From the NCBI RefSeq assembly GCF_006345805.1, contig NC_042999.1, positions 145,700,001-145,764,000 of the forward strand: DNA of 64,000 nt, read 5' to 3'. The DNA comes from Octopus sinensis (Eukaryota). Shown one piece after another: positions 50,329 through 63,850 of the stretch. Below the pieces are notes generated by a model. The model was not told where the DNA came from, did no database searches, and saw only the letters and a program-made list of their open reading frames with translations. Each line of letters opens with the position of its first letter. Positions within the stretch are counted from its first letter, which is position 1. The translations under genes and the position numbers were made by a program.

Positions 50329-53300
50329 CAGAGAGAGAGAGGAGAGGGAGAGAAGAGGAGACTTATCACAAGCGCAGTCGAAATGTTTAACATACTGAAA
50401 CAATATCATGTAGATTTATAAATTTATGCATTAAAAGATATATCGATAAACATCTAAATTAAAATGATAAGCCTTAGTTATCAAATAGCTGTGAATATTA
50501 CACTTTTTTTCTTTTACATGTCCCAGACCAATGTCTGTAGTCTTACTGGGGCACCTCCGTTATTCTTTTTACGTTATTCGGTTTAAATACTTATCGGTAC
50601 TATGAGAGTAGACAAATGCAGAAGGGAATGCATATATAATAGTTAATTAGTTAGTTTCTCACCAGCTAGCAAGATAGATAGGTACGTAGGTGAGTCTACA
50701 GATATATCAACATGTATGCAGATAGAGAGATATGTTAATAGATATACAATAAGATATGCAACTGAACCGAAATGAAAAGAAATGTAAATAATCTTAATTG
50801 GTAAATAACTTTGACAGAGCATCGTTGGTGGTTGGACAGCGAACAGTGTAGTATTTTTATATATACGAATAGGTTTTCTCATTTTAATTCAACCTTTATT
50901 TCCTGAAACTATAAATCACATCATATTTGTCGAACATAATAAAAGAAGGGAAATAAGCAATACCTCCTAAGTTCATTTCTATTATATTTGGAAGTACAGT
51001 TTTGATTAAGTGACATGAGTTCATAAGAATCTTTTGAGATTGCTTGCGTGCTTGTATTTCATATAAGAACAGGTTTTCAAATATATTGGCTTTGACTGTG
51101 GAATTTCCACAGTTCCTTCTTATAGAATATAATTACCCGAGTCAAGTCTGAGCTGGAGCTAAGAACCAATAACTTAACTAAAAAAACGTATGAACTTAAA
51201 TGAGCATCGCAAAAATGTGTCACCAATAAAATAGTTCTAACTTGGGCAATGAACCTATAGATTTTATTGGTTTGTAATGCGGATTTCATCAGTGTTCTAC
51301 GATCATATGAAGAAGATACCATTTGCGAGAATTCAACCATCAGATTAAATGAATTCAATTCAGTCTGAAGGAGTCGCTGCCACTCAGGTGTTTTATTTCC
51401 CTTTTAACCAGTCGACTGACGAAACTCGAGTAGATTCAGCTTTGAATAAATATTATTTTGCGTTTAAATACATTTTTACTTAATTGTATCATGCAGGATT
51501 TAGAATTGATCCTGAATACAGGATGGTTAAAGAGTCATGCAATAATGTAGGCGTTAATTCTCTCGCTCTTCAACCTTTCGGGTGAGATACAATATGTACT
51601 ATTTGATTACTGGAGTCGATGTAATCGACTTACTCCAGACTCCAAAATTGCTGGCCTTGAGCGAAAATTTGAAACCATTATCGTTATGTAAAATATTTAA
51701 GATCATGAATATTTTATCATGTTTAGATAATGACATTTTATAAAATACATAAATATAGATGCACCAACAAAATATCAAGGATAGTACGAAACACATATAG
51801 AAGTAAAAGTTTGACATTAAAAATTATGAATTTTCTATTTTAAATAAACGATAAAGAGACATTTTAATCACACTAATTATGTGTGCTTTGTTTGTGCGCA
51901 TGTATGTGATTGTGCGTATGTATGCATGTGTGCGTGAACATATTTATGTACATTTGGTGTATATTTCTTGTTGCATTTACTAATTAAATGTGATGTAAGC
52001 CAAGGTGAGTTCAGTCATTCAGCAGATATAGAGTGGGTGTACTGAGCACAGTATTCGAATTCGTTGACTAAAACACCCTAAATTCACCTCCCAGCATGGC
52101 CACAATTCTTATGACTAGGACCAGTAAAATAAAAAAAAACGAAATAATGTATAACTATTTAATGTTGGTGGTTGGTGAGTATATTAAAACTGACACCGTT
52201 ATCTGAAGCAATGAAACATCCTGTGAAAAGGCATATATAGTATACGTTACAGTTTCTTTAAATTACAAGGCTCTCTGTGTGTAATTAGAATGAAATTTAC
52301 CCTTTGGTCAAACCAAGCCAAAATATGACTCACGACCTGGACTGGCTATTGGGAATGATCCTCTATATCACTAATAAAGCAATAGTTAACTGGATTTAGA
52401 TTCTGCAAAGATTGATTTAATTTTAGTCAATTAAATTTGTCATCGCTTTCCTACTGTGGTGTAAGAGGTTTTTCTTTTCCTCTCCATAACCTCCAGTCCT
52501 GGTTATCCAATCTTCGATTTTGTCAATTTAACCCTACGTTTTGTTAGCTGCCGTCCAAATTTCCAGTCTAAGCTTTTTTAACCCATCTGTTGTCATCCCT
52601 AATCTGAATGTGTTCAGCCCATCACAACCTAGATGATTTAATGAACTTGACAATATCAATTTAGCTTTCAGTCTTTCCGCATCCATATCGTCGCTTTTAT
52701 TTTCCCACATTGTCCCAAACATTAATTGTACGCATGTATCTTGACCTTGTTATAGTTTGATTGTTAGGTATTTTGTCATATTCTAGGTTTCTCATGATAA
52801 GGAATGTTTTGGATAGCGAATTTATTATTCGTCTTGAAAGTCTTGAAGGATGTATAAGGAATTTACCAGTGGGTTGTATCTATTTTATCTTAACTGCGTT
52901 GTAATACCGACCTTTAGCATGAGAATAGCATGAATTGTCATACCATGTCGACTCAAGCCTCGATTCCAGATTCTGTCTTGCTGACAAATATTTACACACA
53001 ATGAAAGATGTTGACATATTTTAAGATGAAGATAATGTCTAATTGCTATGTACCTGTGACCTGTGTCCACAACATACTTGTAAAGCAGACGGAGAAGAGT
53101 TGACTATGATATGAGACAAAATAATCCTGAGTCATCAGAGTACCTGCAACGACAAACTTACGTCGTTATAGCTATTTAGCTCCAATTCAGCCCAGTTCGT
53201 ACAGAGCCATGTTTAAAAAATTACATATTCCTTATTTCAGACACAATTGTTTATAAGTAAGTTGCATAGCGTGTCCTGCATTTTAAAGATTGTAGTGATT

Positions 53301-54799
53301 TAAGGAAGAATTTTTGTGATCTCTAGCAGATCTAGTGACCACATACAGACTTTCATGTTGGTTTGTGAACGTTAACATAAAGCCCCCATGTAATTCACTT
53401 TTATAAAGAAGGACTGCAGGTAAATTTTACATTTGGTGGACTGCGGCGAAGATACTTTATGCTTTAAACAGAAGAATCGACAGTGTTTCTATCTCCTACA
53501 GTGTCTTCGAGACTCATAGAGTGTGAGAGAAAAGTGTTCTCAAACCGAAGATCTGGCACGAATGCTTGCAGCAGATTGGACACCGCTAAAGGCATCCAAG
53601 GACCAGATGGTGCTATTAAACAGAGTGCCCCTACTATTAAGTGTATCATCACTAACGGAATACGAACCTTTAAACTACTCACTAGTATCGACTGCGTAGC
53701 TAGGTTTTATTGTTAAATCATTTCTGATATGCATCATAAACATTTTGATTGATTGATTTAAAATATGGCTCTTTTCATAGACACGTAACTGTTTTCTTTG
53801 TATATTCTTTACTTAATTTGATTTATTTGCAAATTTGCTTTTATGGAATATTTCCTCAGCTCAATACATTCCGTTTTTAATTTCCTTGTTTGGTTTCTTA
53901 ATTGATTGTTTACGTTGTCAGTGGGATATCTCAGAAATTATTGACGCTATGGTATCCACATATGCTTTCATATGTTATCAATGATTTTTCCCAAAATTAT
54001 TTTGATTTTATCTTCGACGAATTATTTTTATCTTCGACGCATTATTTAACAAGTTATTTGGATTTTCAGCATCTGGCTAGACTTTGATGTTCGTTATATT
54101 CACAAAATCTGCTCCGCAAATAGTACATTTTAAAATATTAGCCATAATTGTAGGGAAAATAGTTCTTTGGTGTTATCCAACTTCATATTTTTCATTAGTT
54201 CACATATTTCTTTCTATCGTATAACAGTCCTAAATGGCTTGAATGTCATTTGATTCTAATGTGGAAATTTATCTTTTTTCAATAACATCAGTAATGGTGT
54301 TAGCATTTTCTTTGCGAACATTTCTCTCTATTCTTTTTTCAATTAAAATATATTCGTTGTTGGTTAAACAAGAACTTAAAGGCAAATACATGTGTATACA
54401 TATTTAATCATTACATCAAGTCATTCTCTTTGTTTAAGTTTGAATAGGTTTTCTTGTTATTCTTTTGTATGTTTTTTTTTTTGTTTCTTTCGACAAATAT
54501 CTAAAGTTTGGCTTTTTGCCATTTTCAATGCTAGAAGCCAATCCTTCAAATTGATATGGAATATATCGGAGATTATTATTTATTTTTCCATTTTTCAGGC
54601 GCCAGTTTTTCTCCTTTCCATGTAACCTAGATAACTTAGATATATTTCAGCCAAAGATTGGCCTAGGCCATGTCTAACTTCATTGGATCTGGTAAGTCAT
54701 TTTAAAGACAGTTTTGTGGTATCATGTCCCATTCAAATAAGGAGTTGGCGTTAACTGATATGTATCCTGACCTAGGTGTCTAATCTAGTATCCCTTAAA

Positions 54800-57110
54800 G
54801 AAATTTGTTCAGGTTTCGTTTGAAGATTATGGGATCATTTTCTTTAAAATATTGGAAGCTATGAGTAGTTTCCCTGAAGGAAGAGAAGAGAGCAGGGCTT
54901 ATTGAGTAAAAGAAATTGTGCTGCAGTGAATTTATGTGTTGTGAGACTAAATTGTGTAGGGATCAAAAGACGGGTGGCGCCAGTCTTGAATGAATTCTGA
55001 ATCTAATGTCATTTAGGCAATTCTGGTGGTATATTCTTCACATTGTGCAAATGGTGTACGCCCGCGGAGGCGCTGGAGAGAATAAACATTCAATGTTTTA
55101 AGGTAGTTCTCAATAATTAAGATCAGCCGTGCCTTGTATTTTTTTAGAGAAGGTTCTCTAGGATGACTCAGTTCCCGAAATGTTTTGTTTGGTCTGGGGA
55201 AACCACAGGGGACAGCAATATTCTAGGTGTAGCAGTATAAAGGAGAAGAATAGGTGAACGATGTTATTTTCTCTCTGGATCGGAAAGTTGCGAACATCCA
55301 GGGGCGCATCTTGCGCGCCATATCGACTTATTTTTGATGTTGGCACTCCAATTGAGAATGTTGTCAACAATAACTCCTCAGACCTTGATAATATTGGATG
55401 ATATGAGTAGTTTACCTGAAGGAAGAGAATGTGCAGCCTTTTCTCCAAGGTACATGAGTTCAAATTTCTCCTAATTTAACCGCATGTTTTTGTCCGCCCG
55501 TTGGCTTCCGGCATGTGGATCAAACTGGATTTCAGTTCGACTTTATTCTGCATTTATAATTTTGTGGAGTTTGGAGTCATCTGCGAATATTGTTATTTTG
55601 CAGAGGTTGGTGACGATTGAGATGTCGTTTATGCATACTATAAAGAGAAACGGTCCCAAAACAGTCCCTTGGCGGATACCACTGGTGACTTGAATGGATC
55701 CGATCGATCGCAACAGGTTGTATTCGGCTCACCAGGGAATACTTAATCCAGTGTTGCAGTTTTCCATGGATTCCAATATGTGACAATTTTGACAGGAAGA
55801 TTTTGTAGCTGTCTCTGCCAAACGTCTGCTGAAGTCAAGATATGATATCAGAGTTAGAACTGGATCCCAAGGCTTTTACGACATCATTCGAGGTGATGTA
55901 AAAAGTTATGCTAGGTAGTCTCTGCCGCAGCGAAAGCCATTTTGATTGGAATTTGGAATGCTGTGGCACTCCAAGAAGCCCTTGATTGCACCACCCTTTC
56001 AAACATTTTGATGATATGTGAGGTGAAGTCGATAGCTAACTTTCAAAGAATTGTTTCACTTTTTGAAGATCGGGAAGGCAGATTGGAATAAAAACTTTTT
56101 CGGCCTAAATTTAAGCCTGAATAGTCTAAATAATTTTTCCAGAGGTTGGTGTCTGCTTTCCTTTAGGACATTAGCGGAGAATCTATTTGGACCTACGGCA
56201 GAATAATAATTGGCTTCATTTATTTCTGCTATGACATCTGAGATAGTAAAAATTATGTCCGAGATAATATATTGAGGATTGAGTTCGTTCAGATCGCTTG
56301 CCTCAGTATCAATGGGTTCCCTAAAGAGAGAGTAGTGTTGTTTTGTGGAAAATGCTCTTATCGTTTCTCAGTGGACGAACGGTCCTAGCTGGTATGATAT
56401 TTTTCCACATTAAGACTTCTGATTGATGCTGAATATGGATGTTGTTGATGATAGTATTTTAATTGAATGACTTGTTTTTATTTAGTCTTTTGATTCTCCC
56501 GATGATTGTGTTTTTCTCTCTGGGAAATCTATTTTTATTAGTGCGTGTGTGTTTCGGAAGAGCGTGTTTTGAGCATGTATAAGTGACAATGTTCTCAAAA
56601 ACGCTGCCATGTTCATTCAAAATCAGAAGAATTGTAGGTAAAAGACCAGCCGATAAGTGATAAATCTTTCAAATTGCTCCCCAGTCTGCCTTGTGAAAAC
56701 TGATGTCGTCAAACAGGTGCGCTGAGGCGAGAGTGACTGGTTTAATTTTGGCGTGCCGGAAACTCAGGTTGCGGAGTACCATGTGGTGGTCAGAGAGAAG
56801 ACCTTTTCAACTGAAGTACTACAGACAGAGCTAGAGTGGTTTGTTAATATCAGTCCCAGGATCGTTTTATCTTGTCTAGTAGTTTCAATCACATGTTGGG
56901 TTAGGAAAAATTCATTCATTGAGTTAAATAATAAATATACTGTTACTTTCTCTGGTGTATTTATAAGCCAAACCACATAAAGGAGGTTAAAATCGCCCAT
57001 CATCGATATCAGTTCATTCACTGACAGTTTTTATAAATAAGTAATGAATTGAAGAAGTCGTATGTCAATATAATGGAAATAAGTTGATATAGGTTATTTG
57101 CGTGTCACTC
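54800..57110 (-). mobile_element. Decayed CR1-clade LINE (APE endonuclease + RT)
   Basis: Endonuclease MGDFN..W and TR...ILGLILTN (ORF 56764..57021); RT GIHGKLQHWI...SR.Q.V, IFADD (55576-55590) and LHLEYCCPLWFP. Confidence 0.85.
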
Positions 57111-59454
57111 GTATTTTTGTATGTGAGATGGTAGCTTTCTCTGAAGAACAATTTATCTCGCAATAACTAGTCCGAGCTAAACGTGCTAGTTCCAGATTCG
57201 TCCTACAAAGTGAGATCTCGTTTGAAACTACAAAGTTTCTATGCTGAATGCATGCTTATAAAATATACAGATATGAACAGACCGCTGTTTTACTACTACA
57301 TTTTAGTTATTGATATGCAATGTGTATGTAGCTGAGTTGGCAGAATGGTTAGTATCGGACAAAATAAATTATGGTATTTAGTTCCAGCGTTTTACATGCG
57401 TGTTCAAATCCCAATCGTGAAAAATTTCGTCCTTTCAAAAAAAAATAAATTTTTGCTACTCTGTCTATGGTAGTAATAGTTTGTATACTATGAGTAGAAT
57501 TATTATTTCCCTTTTTGTAAGATGTAATGCTTGCTTTCTTAGTCACATCATGTCACATTATTGTACAGCCTCAATTATTTACTTCAGTTAACATATAATT
57601 GTTATATACTGAATTTATGATCTCGCTAGTGTTACTTTATTTGTGAAGAGCAGTAGACATAACAACTCCTTATACTAGGTTAATGGCAAGGTCAATGAAT
57701 GAAAAGACAGTGCGCCGGCATTTTTCTGGGTTGTATTTGATAAAGGAATTAAAAGATGAAGGAATTAAAAGATATATTCCTAGCCGGCGGGGGATCTCTT
57801 AATCACTTAATGCTGTAAAATTCGTAATAAGATCCGACAATGTTGAAGCTAATATAGCAGAATATTTTCAAAACTAGATGGCGCTCTCAAAAAGAATTGT
57901 AAAAAATTGTAAGGAGACATCTTGCTAAAACAGAGTTCGGTCGATAAGTAACAGATGTAATACTCAGACTGATTCCCAGTAAAAATAAAATCAAATTTTC
58001 CTGGAAAATTGATATGAGAGATGATGCCAATAGATGTATGGGTTCAGGTATGGCGGTGTAGTTACGAAGTTCGATTTGCAACTGCGTGGTTTCCGACTCG
58101 ATCGCACATACACTGCGTAAGTGGGACCCAGGAAAAGTGTGGGTCTATCATAGGTTCAAGTCAGTTAAAACTTTATGTAAGGAATTTAGTAGGTGGAAAC
58201 TTTGTGGAAATCTCTCGAAGAAAACGATACTCCTATAGTGTATTGGAATCAATGCATTGCATCTTTAGTTGGAAAATATCTTCCTTCATTCTTCCTTCAT
58301 TCTTCATTCTTCATTCTTCTTGGAGGCTTTCAAAAGTACTCTACTGTGTAATATTTTCTTTAGAAAGGGTGCAATGTGACACATACGAAGTTAGATAACC
58401 ATTATGCATTCTATAATACATCTGTATGAAAGACAAGATCTATGATGTGAAATAACTTGAGAGGACCAATTAGATATGATTGATTCTTTCAATGTTGTCC
58501 CTGCTTCTGGCTGACAACCTGTCAACTCTGTAATACTTGGTTATAGTGAAGCGTGAGGAGGTCGTAGTGAGTTAAAGCTAATGGAGAGGAACTCAGTGTT
58601 CAAAGAATAGTATAATATGAGCCACTTGAACCAACAAAAGAACATTTTATGTGATCGCTCGACCTACTAGAATTAACAATCTCACTGAAATTACTGCTTT
58701 TCAAATTTGAGAGCAACACAATGCCTGAAACAAAACACCTTTTATGATAGGTTTTTATAGTTAGGACTGATCTAGCGCTAAAGAACAATAACAGCAAAAT
58801 ATGAGCCACTAATTTCTCAGTTAGATCTCCGTAATACTGTTTACATCATCATCAAAAACTCTATTTTAACGTGGTAGAAATGTGTTAGGCAGCGTAAATA
58901 AACAATAGTAAAAATTTGAATATATGATCAATGGTGTTTGTCGTCCGTTAAAGACAGCCTGAGTATATTGAAAGTTCCTTTGTTGTAAAAGATTTTTCTT
59001 TCCATGGATTTTTACCAGTTGTTCTAGCATGCATGTCACTTCTTTACCGCGAGAAATAGACAAGACAGATATAGCCTCGGCACTAGTGTTGTTGTGGCCA
59101 TTACTCTCAGAACGCTGGGAGCCTAAAAAGATACCTAAATGCCCTAGCAATTCTGATAATTTGCTGCGCTATTGACTGAATCTTTTTCACTTAGCCAGAA
59201 AGGTTGAAGGTCAACTGACATCAGCAGGAGTCAACTTCAGAGTCATGAACAACTATCAAACTGTCCTATACAATGCTGCAAAGATTCTAATGATTTGCTA
59301 TTAGAATACGGTCGTAGAATATACAGTTAATAATAAAAATACAACGCATTTTAAACCTTCTTCGAGAATAAAAAAAAAACCCAAAACATTCGGCTGGAAC
59401 AGAATAGGTAAATATCCTAAAATCAAATGCAATATAATAGTATTAATATTAGTT

Positions 59455-60440
59455 TCGAATTTTAGCACGAGTCCAGCAATTTCGAGAAGAGGGTAAGTCA
59501 GTTATATCGACCCCAGAATTCAACTGATATTTATTTTATAGACCTCGAAAGGATAAAATCGACCTCGGGAGAATTTGAACTCAGGACGTAAAGACAGATG
59601 AAATACTTCTATGCATTTTGTTCGACATGCTAACGATTCTGACAGCTCGCCGCTTTGTGTAATAGTTTTGATAACAATATACGTAGTAACAATATTAGCT
59701 CCATTGTCAAATTCCGTCGAGGTCGACTTTGTTATTCATTCTTTCAGACCGATAAAATAAGTACTAGTTGAACACAAGGGTCGAAGTAAAAAAAACATTA
59801 ACTCTCTCCCTCGAACTCGCTGGCTGTCACTTAAGTAAACTCAATATATGAAGTTTTGAGTTTACTCGACTCCGAAATTAAACAAAGCAAGGTTGACGTA
59901 GGTGGAATGTATAAACACAAAGTGTAAATAACTGGAGAAAAATTGCAAGGCATTTTTCCGACGTTCCACCGATTCTGCCAGCTCACCGACTTTAATAATT
60001 CTTTGTAATTCTTGTGCAAGGCCTACAATTTTGAGGGTAAGGCAAACATATATTACATCAACCCACCTCTACTTGACTGATACTTTAATATATCGACGAC
60101 GATATAATATAAAGTCGACCTCGGTGAAATTTGAACTCAGATCCTAGAGAGCCAGAAGAAATTCCGCTAAGCATTTTGTCCTACGTCCTAACGATTCTGC
60201 CAGCTCGCAGCCTTTTCACCGCCTTTAAAATAGCTTCTAATTTAGGCACAAGTCCATCAGTTTTGATGAAAGGGGATTAATTGATACCATCGACTCAGTG
60301 CTTGGCTGTTACTTCATACTATCCACTCCGGAGGGATGGAAAACAATGTTGACTTCAGCAAGATCTAAACTCAAAATGTAAAGAACAGAAACAAATTCTG
60401 TAGAACGTTTTTTCGATGCTCTAACTATTGTGACAGCTTA
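59455..60440. mobile_element. Cluster of SINE family A fragments in both orientations
   Basis: Minus copies at about 59455-59655, 59975-60210 and 60235-60440; plus partial at about 59705-59800. Confidence 0.75.
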
Positions 60441-60769
60441 CCACCTTTCATTACCTTTATGTATGAAACAAGTATTTATTGGAAAGAGCAGAAATGACGG
60501 AAACTATAAACATCACACTCTGTAATTTCCAGTTTATATTCCTAAATTTGCAAAAAGATGCAGTAGTTATTCCCGCTCTGTCATTCAATTTACATGCAGT
60601 GTAAAAGGGAGACATTTTCAGATAGTAATCTAATCAGAAGCATTGCATTCTATAGCAATGGTAATGATAAATTTAGTGCATATTTCAACGAATAAGTCGC
60701 TATGGTGTCGCACGTTTTGCCAAAAACAGCAGCAAACTTTCCCTAACTACCTAACTACCATTGTTGAGG

Positions 60770-60935
60770 CACAGTGTGGCTGAATAGTTTAGACGATTGC
60801 TTTGCATCCACGAGGTCTCGGGTTCGATCCTACTGCGAGACATTTTAGGCAAGTGTCATTTTACTATAATCTCGAGTCAAATCATACCTTGTAAGTGTAA
60901 CTAGAGAGACGGAAACTGTACAGGAGCACGTCGAA
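60770..60935 (+). mobile_element. Diverged SINE family B-like 5' part
   Basis: tgtggctgaatagtttag...cgggttcgatcctactgcg...ggcaagtgtc...gacggaaactg. Confidence 0.55.
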
Positions 60936-61503
60936 TGAATTGTACCAATAAATCATAAGCCACAGCCTTGCCATACACCGTGTTGCGCTGATTCTGCTTG
61001 AAGGTTCATGTTTGAGGGTTCTTGTATCAATGATATATTCAGCCACTTAGACTGTCATTCAATAAGCTCCATAGTTGAAGTGATTGAATAACTTAATCGT
61101 TGTCCAGCAGTGTGTTGAGATAAAAGTAAAGATGAAATGGTCATAGCTTGGATATTGTCTTGTTCATTATTTTTAAGTATTATACTTATTCTATCGATTT
61201 CTTATGCCAGACGCACACATGCATGTATATACATATATGCATGCATGTGTGTGTATCTGTGTGTAGGAAAAAACAAAAGCATGCACATAGTTGGTATCCA
61301 AATTTGAATTCTCAAATTTGGGTAAAACTGTTAACCCCCACCCAAATGTGTTTTTTCTCTGTCTCACCCACCAATTCTTCCTAATATTTCAAATATTTGA
61401 TAAGATGGATACATCGAAACCGATATTATTTTATTAAACATTCTCTAAAATATGCTTCTGCGCCTTTTCCAACTTTATTTACCTTTTTTAACTACACACA
61501 CAA

Positions 61504-61604
<101 letters not shown>

Positions 61605-62519
61605 TCGTATATAGTTACATTTATCAAATTCACCCACGCAAAGGGATTGAAAATGGTCTTATAAAAGTAAATAATCGAAAATTACAGAAGAAACCTTTGT
61701 TATTTTAAAATCTGTGCTTAAGCAATATCTATTTGGAAAGAAATAATAGCGTTTAAGTAAAAAAAAACATTCTTAATGAAACACAACTGAATAAAACGAT
61801 TTCCGACAGGAGTTGCTCAGAATAACTGGCAGCTGTTCCATGGATCATTGGTAATTATAAATCAATAAGAAAGTGTTTTTCTTTTCTCGGTAGGGTTTCT
61901 ATTAAATATTTGACATATCAAGAAACTTTACGCGAGTTTACGATAAGATAAACTGTTTGACTCACATTCTAAACAAAATTTGCAGAGTAAAACACTCACA
62001 AATATTTAATGAAACTAGGAATCTACGAAACTATAAATGAAATACAATTTATTTTCTCGTAAAATAATTAAAAGAAAAGCAATTAATGTCTGCGTAAACT
62101 TTAAATTTGTTTCATCTTTGTTAGTTTTCTGCAAGATCTCACTGCTAAATACTGCCTTGTAATTAAATTATCTTCAGCCTCAAGTCGTTCTGTGGTTTGA
62201 GGTTGAATACCAATAATCGTCTATCGCATCCATATCCGAAGTATTCTTACTCCTTATCTCACCACCAGTACTACACACAATGATTAATTATACCTACAGG
62301 TAATGAACTTCATGTTTTAGCCACATCTTAAAGATTGTAAGTAGTTGAAAACAGAGAGTAGAATAAACGTTTGCTTTCTAAACTACTTAATGTTAAGTTC
62401 AGGTTCACCTTAGGTTTGGACTAGATAATAATGTCTCTCCAGTATGTTTCCCTGACGAAATCTAAGCCAATGACGAATCCGGAAGAAAATATCAAAATAT
62501 ATACCAGTGATACTGGCTT

Positions 62520-62702
62520 CAAATTTTGGCGCAAGACCAGCAATTTCGAGTTACAACGATATCAGTGTTCAGCTGGTACTTATTTTATCGTCTTCGAAAT
62601 AATGAAAGGCAATGTCGACCTCGGGATAATTTGAACTCAGAACGTAAAGTCAGACGAAATGCTGGTAAGCATTTTGCCCGGCGTGCTAACGATTCTGCCA
62701 TT
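62520..62702 (-). mobile_element. SINE family A
   Basis: Reverse complement of tggcagaatcgttagcacgccgggc...ctgagttcaaatt. Confidence 0.8.
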
Positions 62703-62748
62703 CGCATCAGGGATATTGATTTCTGTCAATAATATTACTTATATATAA

Positions 62749-62960
62749 GCTGGCAGAATCATTAGCAAAAGGAACGAAATGTTGGTTAGCAGCATTTCAT
62801 CCGTTTTCACTTTCTGAGTTCAAATTCCACCAAGGCTGACTTCGTCTTTCATCCTTTCGGGGTCATTAAAATAAGTACTAGTTGAGTACTGGGGTCGCTG
62901 TAATATTTTTATGCCTTCCTCGAAATTCTTGGATGTGTACCAAAATTTGAAATCAATATT
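62749..62960 (+). mobile_element. SINE family A
   Basis: gctggcagaatcattagc...ctgagttcaaattccacc...cctttcggggtc. Confidence 0.8.
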
Positions 62961-63293
62961 AGCTTCAAATTTTGGAACAACTGGTACTTATTTTATCGAC
63001 CCTACCTTATTTCTATCAGTAATATTAATAGTATGTTAGGCGGCAGACTGGCAAGATCGTTAGAGCACAAAGACAAAAAGCTTAGCGGTATTTCGTCAGT
63101 CTCATTTGGGTGGAAATATTCCCAAAATATGTAAAATTTATATCATTTGTATAAATTACATGTTATTTGTAAAAATTTAATTTTTTCCTTTCTGTTGAAC
63201 AATAGGGCAGCCATTACAAACACACAAAACACATACATATACATACGATTTCATTGAGTTGCCTTTTTATGTATTTTTCTGATTTAATTTCAG

Positions 63294-63380
63294 TCTGGTG
63301 ATTGTCAGATATCCCAAGGTGAAAATGTGGAAGAAAACTGGGGAGGTGGAGGCGGTGGTGGTGGAACGTTTATTTTTATG
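63294..63380 (+). CDS. ALK: Internal exon (87 nt, phase 0/0) of an ALK/LTK-family receptor tyrosine kinase, glycine-rich ectodomain
   Basis: Pyrimidine-rich acceptor tatttttctgatttaatttcAG (63292-93) and donor GTAAGA at 63381. Open frame SGDCQISQGENVEENWGGGGGGGGTFIFM matches the ALK/LTK motif C...W(A/G)GGGGGGG(G/A)T(Y/F)(V/I)F, recalled from vertebrate ALK (KVC...EWAGGGGGGGGATYVFK). ALK versus LTK-like naming is inferred. Confidence 0.8.
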
Positions 63381-63439
63381 GTAAGATGTATATATATCTT
63401 AACCCCTCTGCATATATATATATATATATTTGTGTGTGT

Positions 63440-63484
63440 GTGTATCTGTGTGCGCGCGCGTGTGTGTGTTTGTATGTTTGTATG

Positions 63485-63538
<54 letters not shown>

Positions 63539-63629
63539 TTAATGCACATCAACATAGATAAATATTTGTATCTGTGTGCGCGCGCGCGTGTGTGTATGTA
63601 TGTTTGTATGTATGTTTGTATGTATATAC

Positions 63630-63675
<46 letters not shown>

Positions 63676-63759
63676 TTAATGCACATCAACATAGATAAAT
63701 ATTTGTATCTGTGTGCGCGCGCGCGCGTGTGTATGTATGTTTGTATGTATGTTTGTATG

Positions 63760-63825
<66 letters not shown>

Positions 63826-63850
63826 TTAAAGCACATCAACATAGATAAAT
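63440..63850. repeat. Higher-order tandem repeat of a 115-135 bp composite microsatellite unit, about 3.5 copies
   Basis: acacacatatattaatgcacatcaacatagataaatatttgtatctgtgtgcgcgcg recurs, separated by (TA)n of variable length. Confidence 0.9.

Noticed and set aside
52480-53060. Possible additional non-LTR RT remnant on the minus strand
   Set aside because: No diagnostic motif could be read with confidence.
53483-53716. 77-aa ORF and overlapping frames as an ALK exon
   Set aside because: No similarity to MAM, LDLa or glycine-rich motifs and no clear splice pair.
54651-54691. 41-nt candidate micro-exon (tttcAG...CTG/GTAAGT, KDWPRPCLTSLDL)
   Set aside because: Splice signals are good but the peptide lacks any ALK motif; such pairs are expected by chance in 64 kb. 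RNA-seq would be needed.
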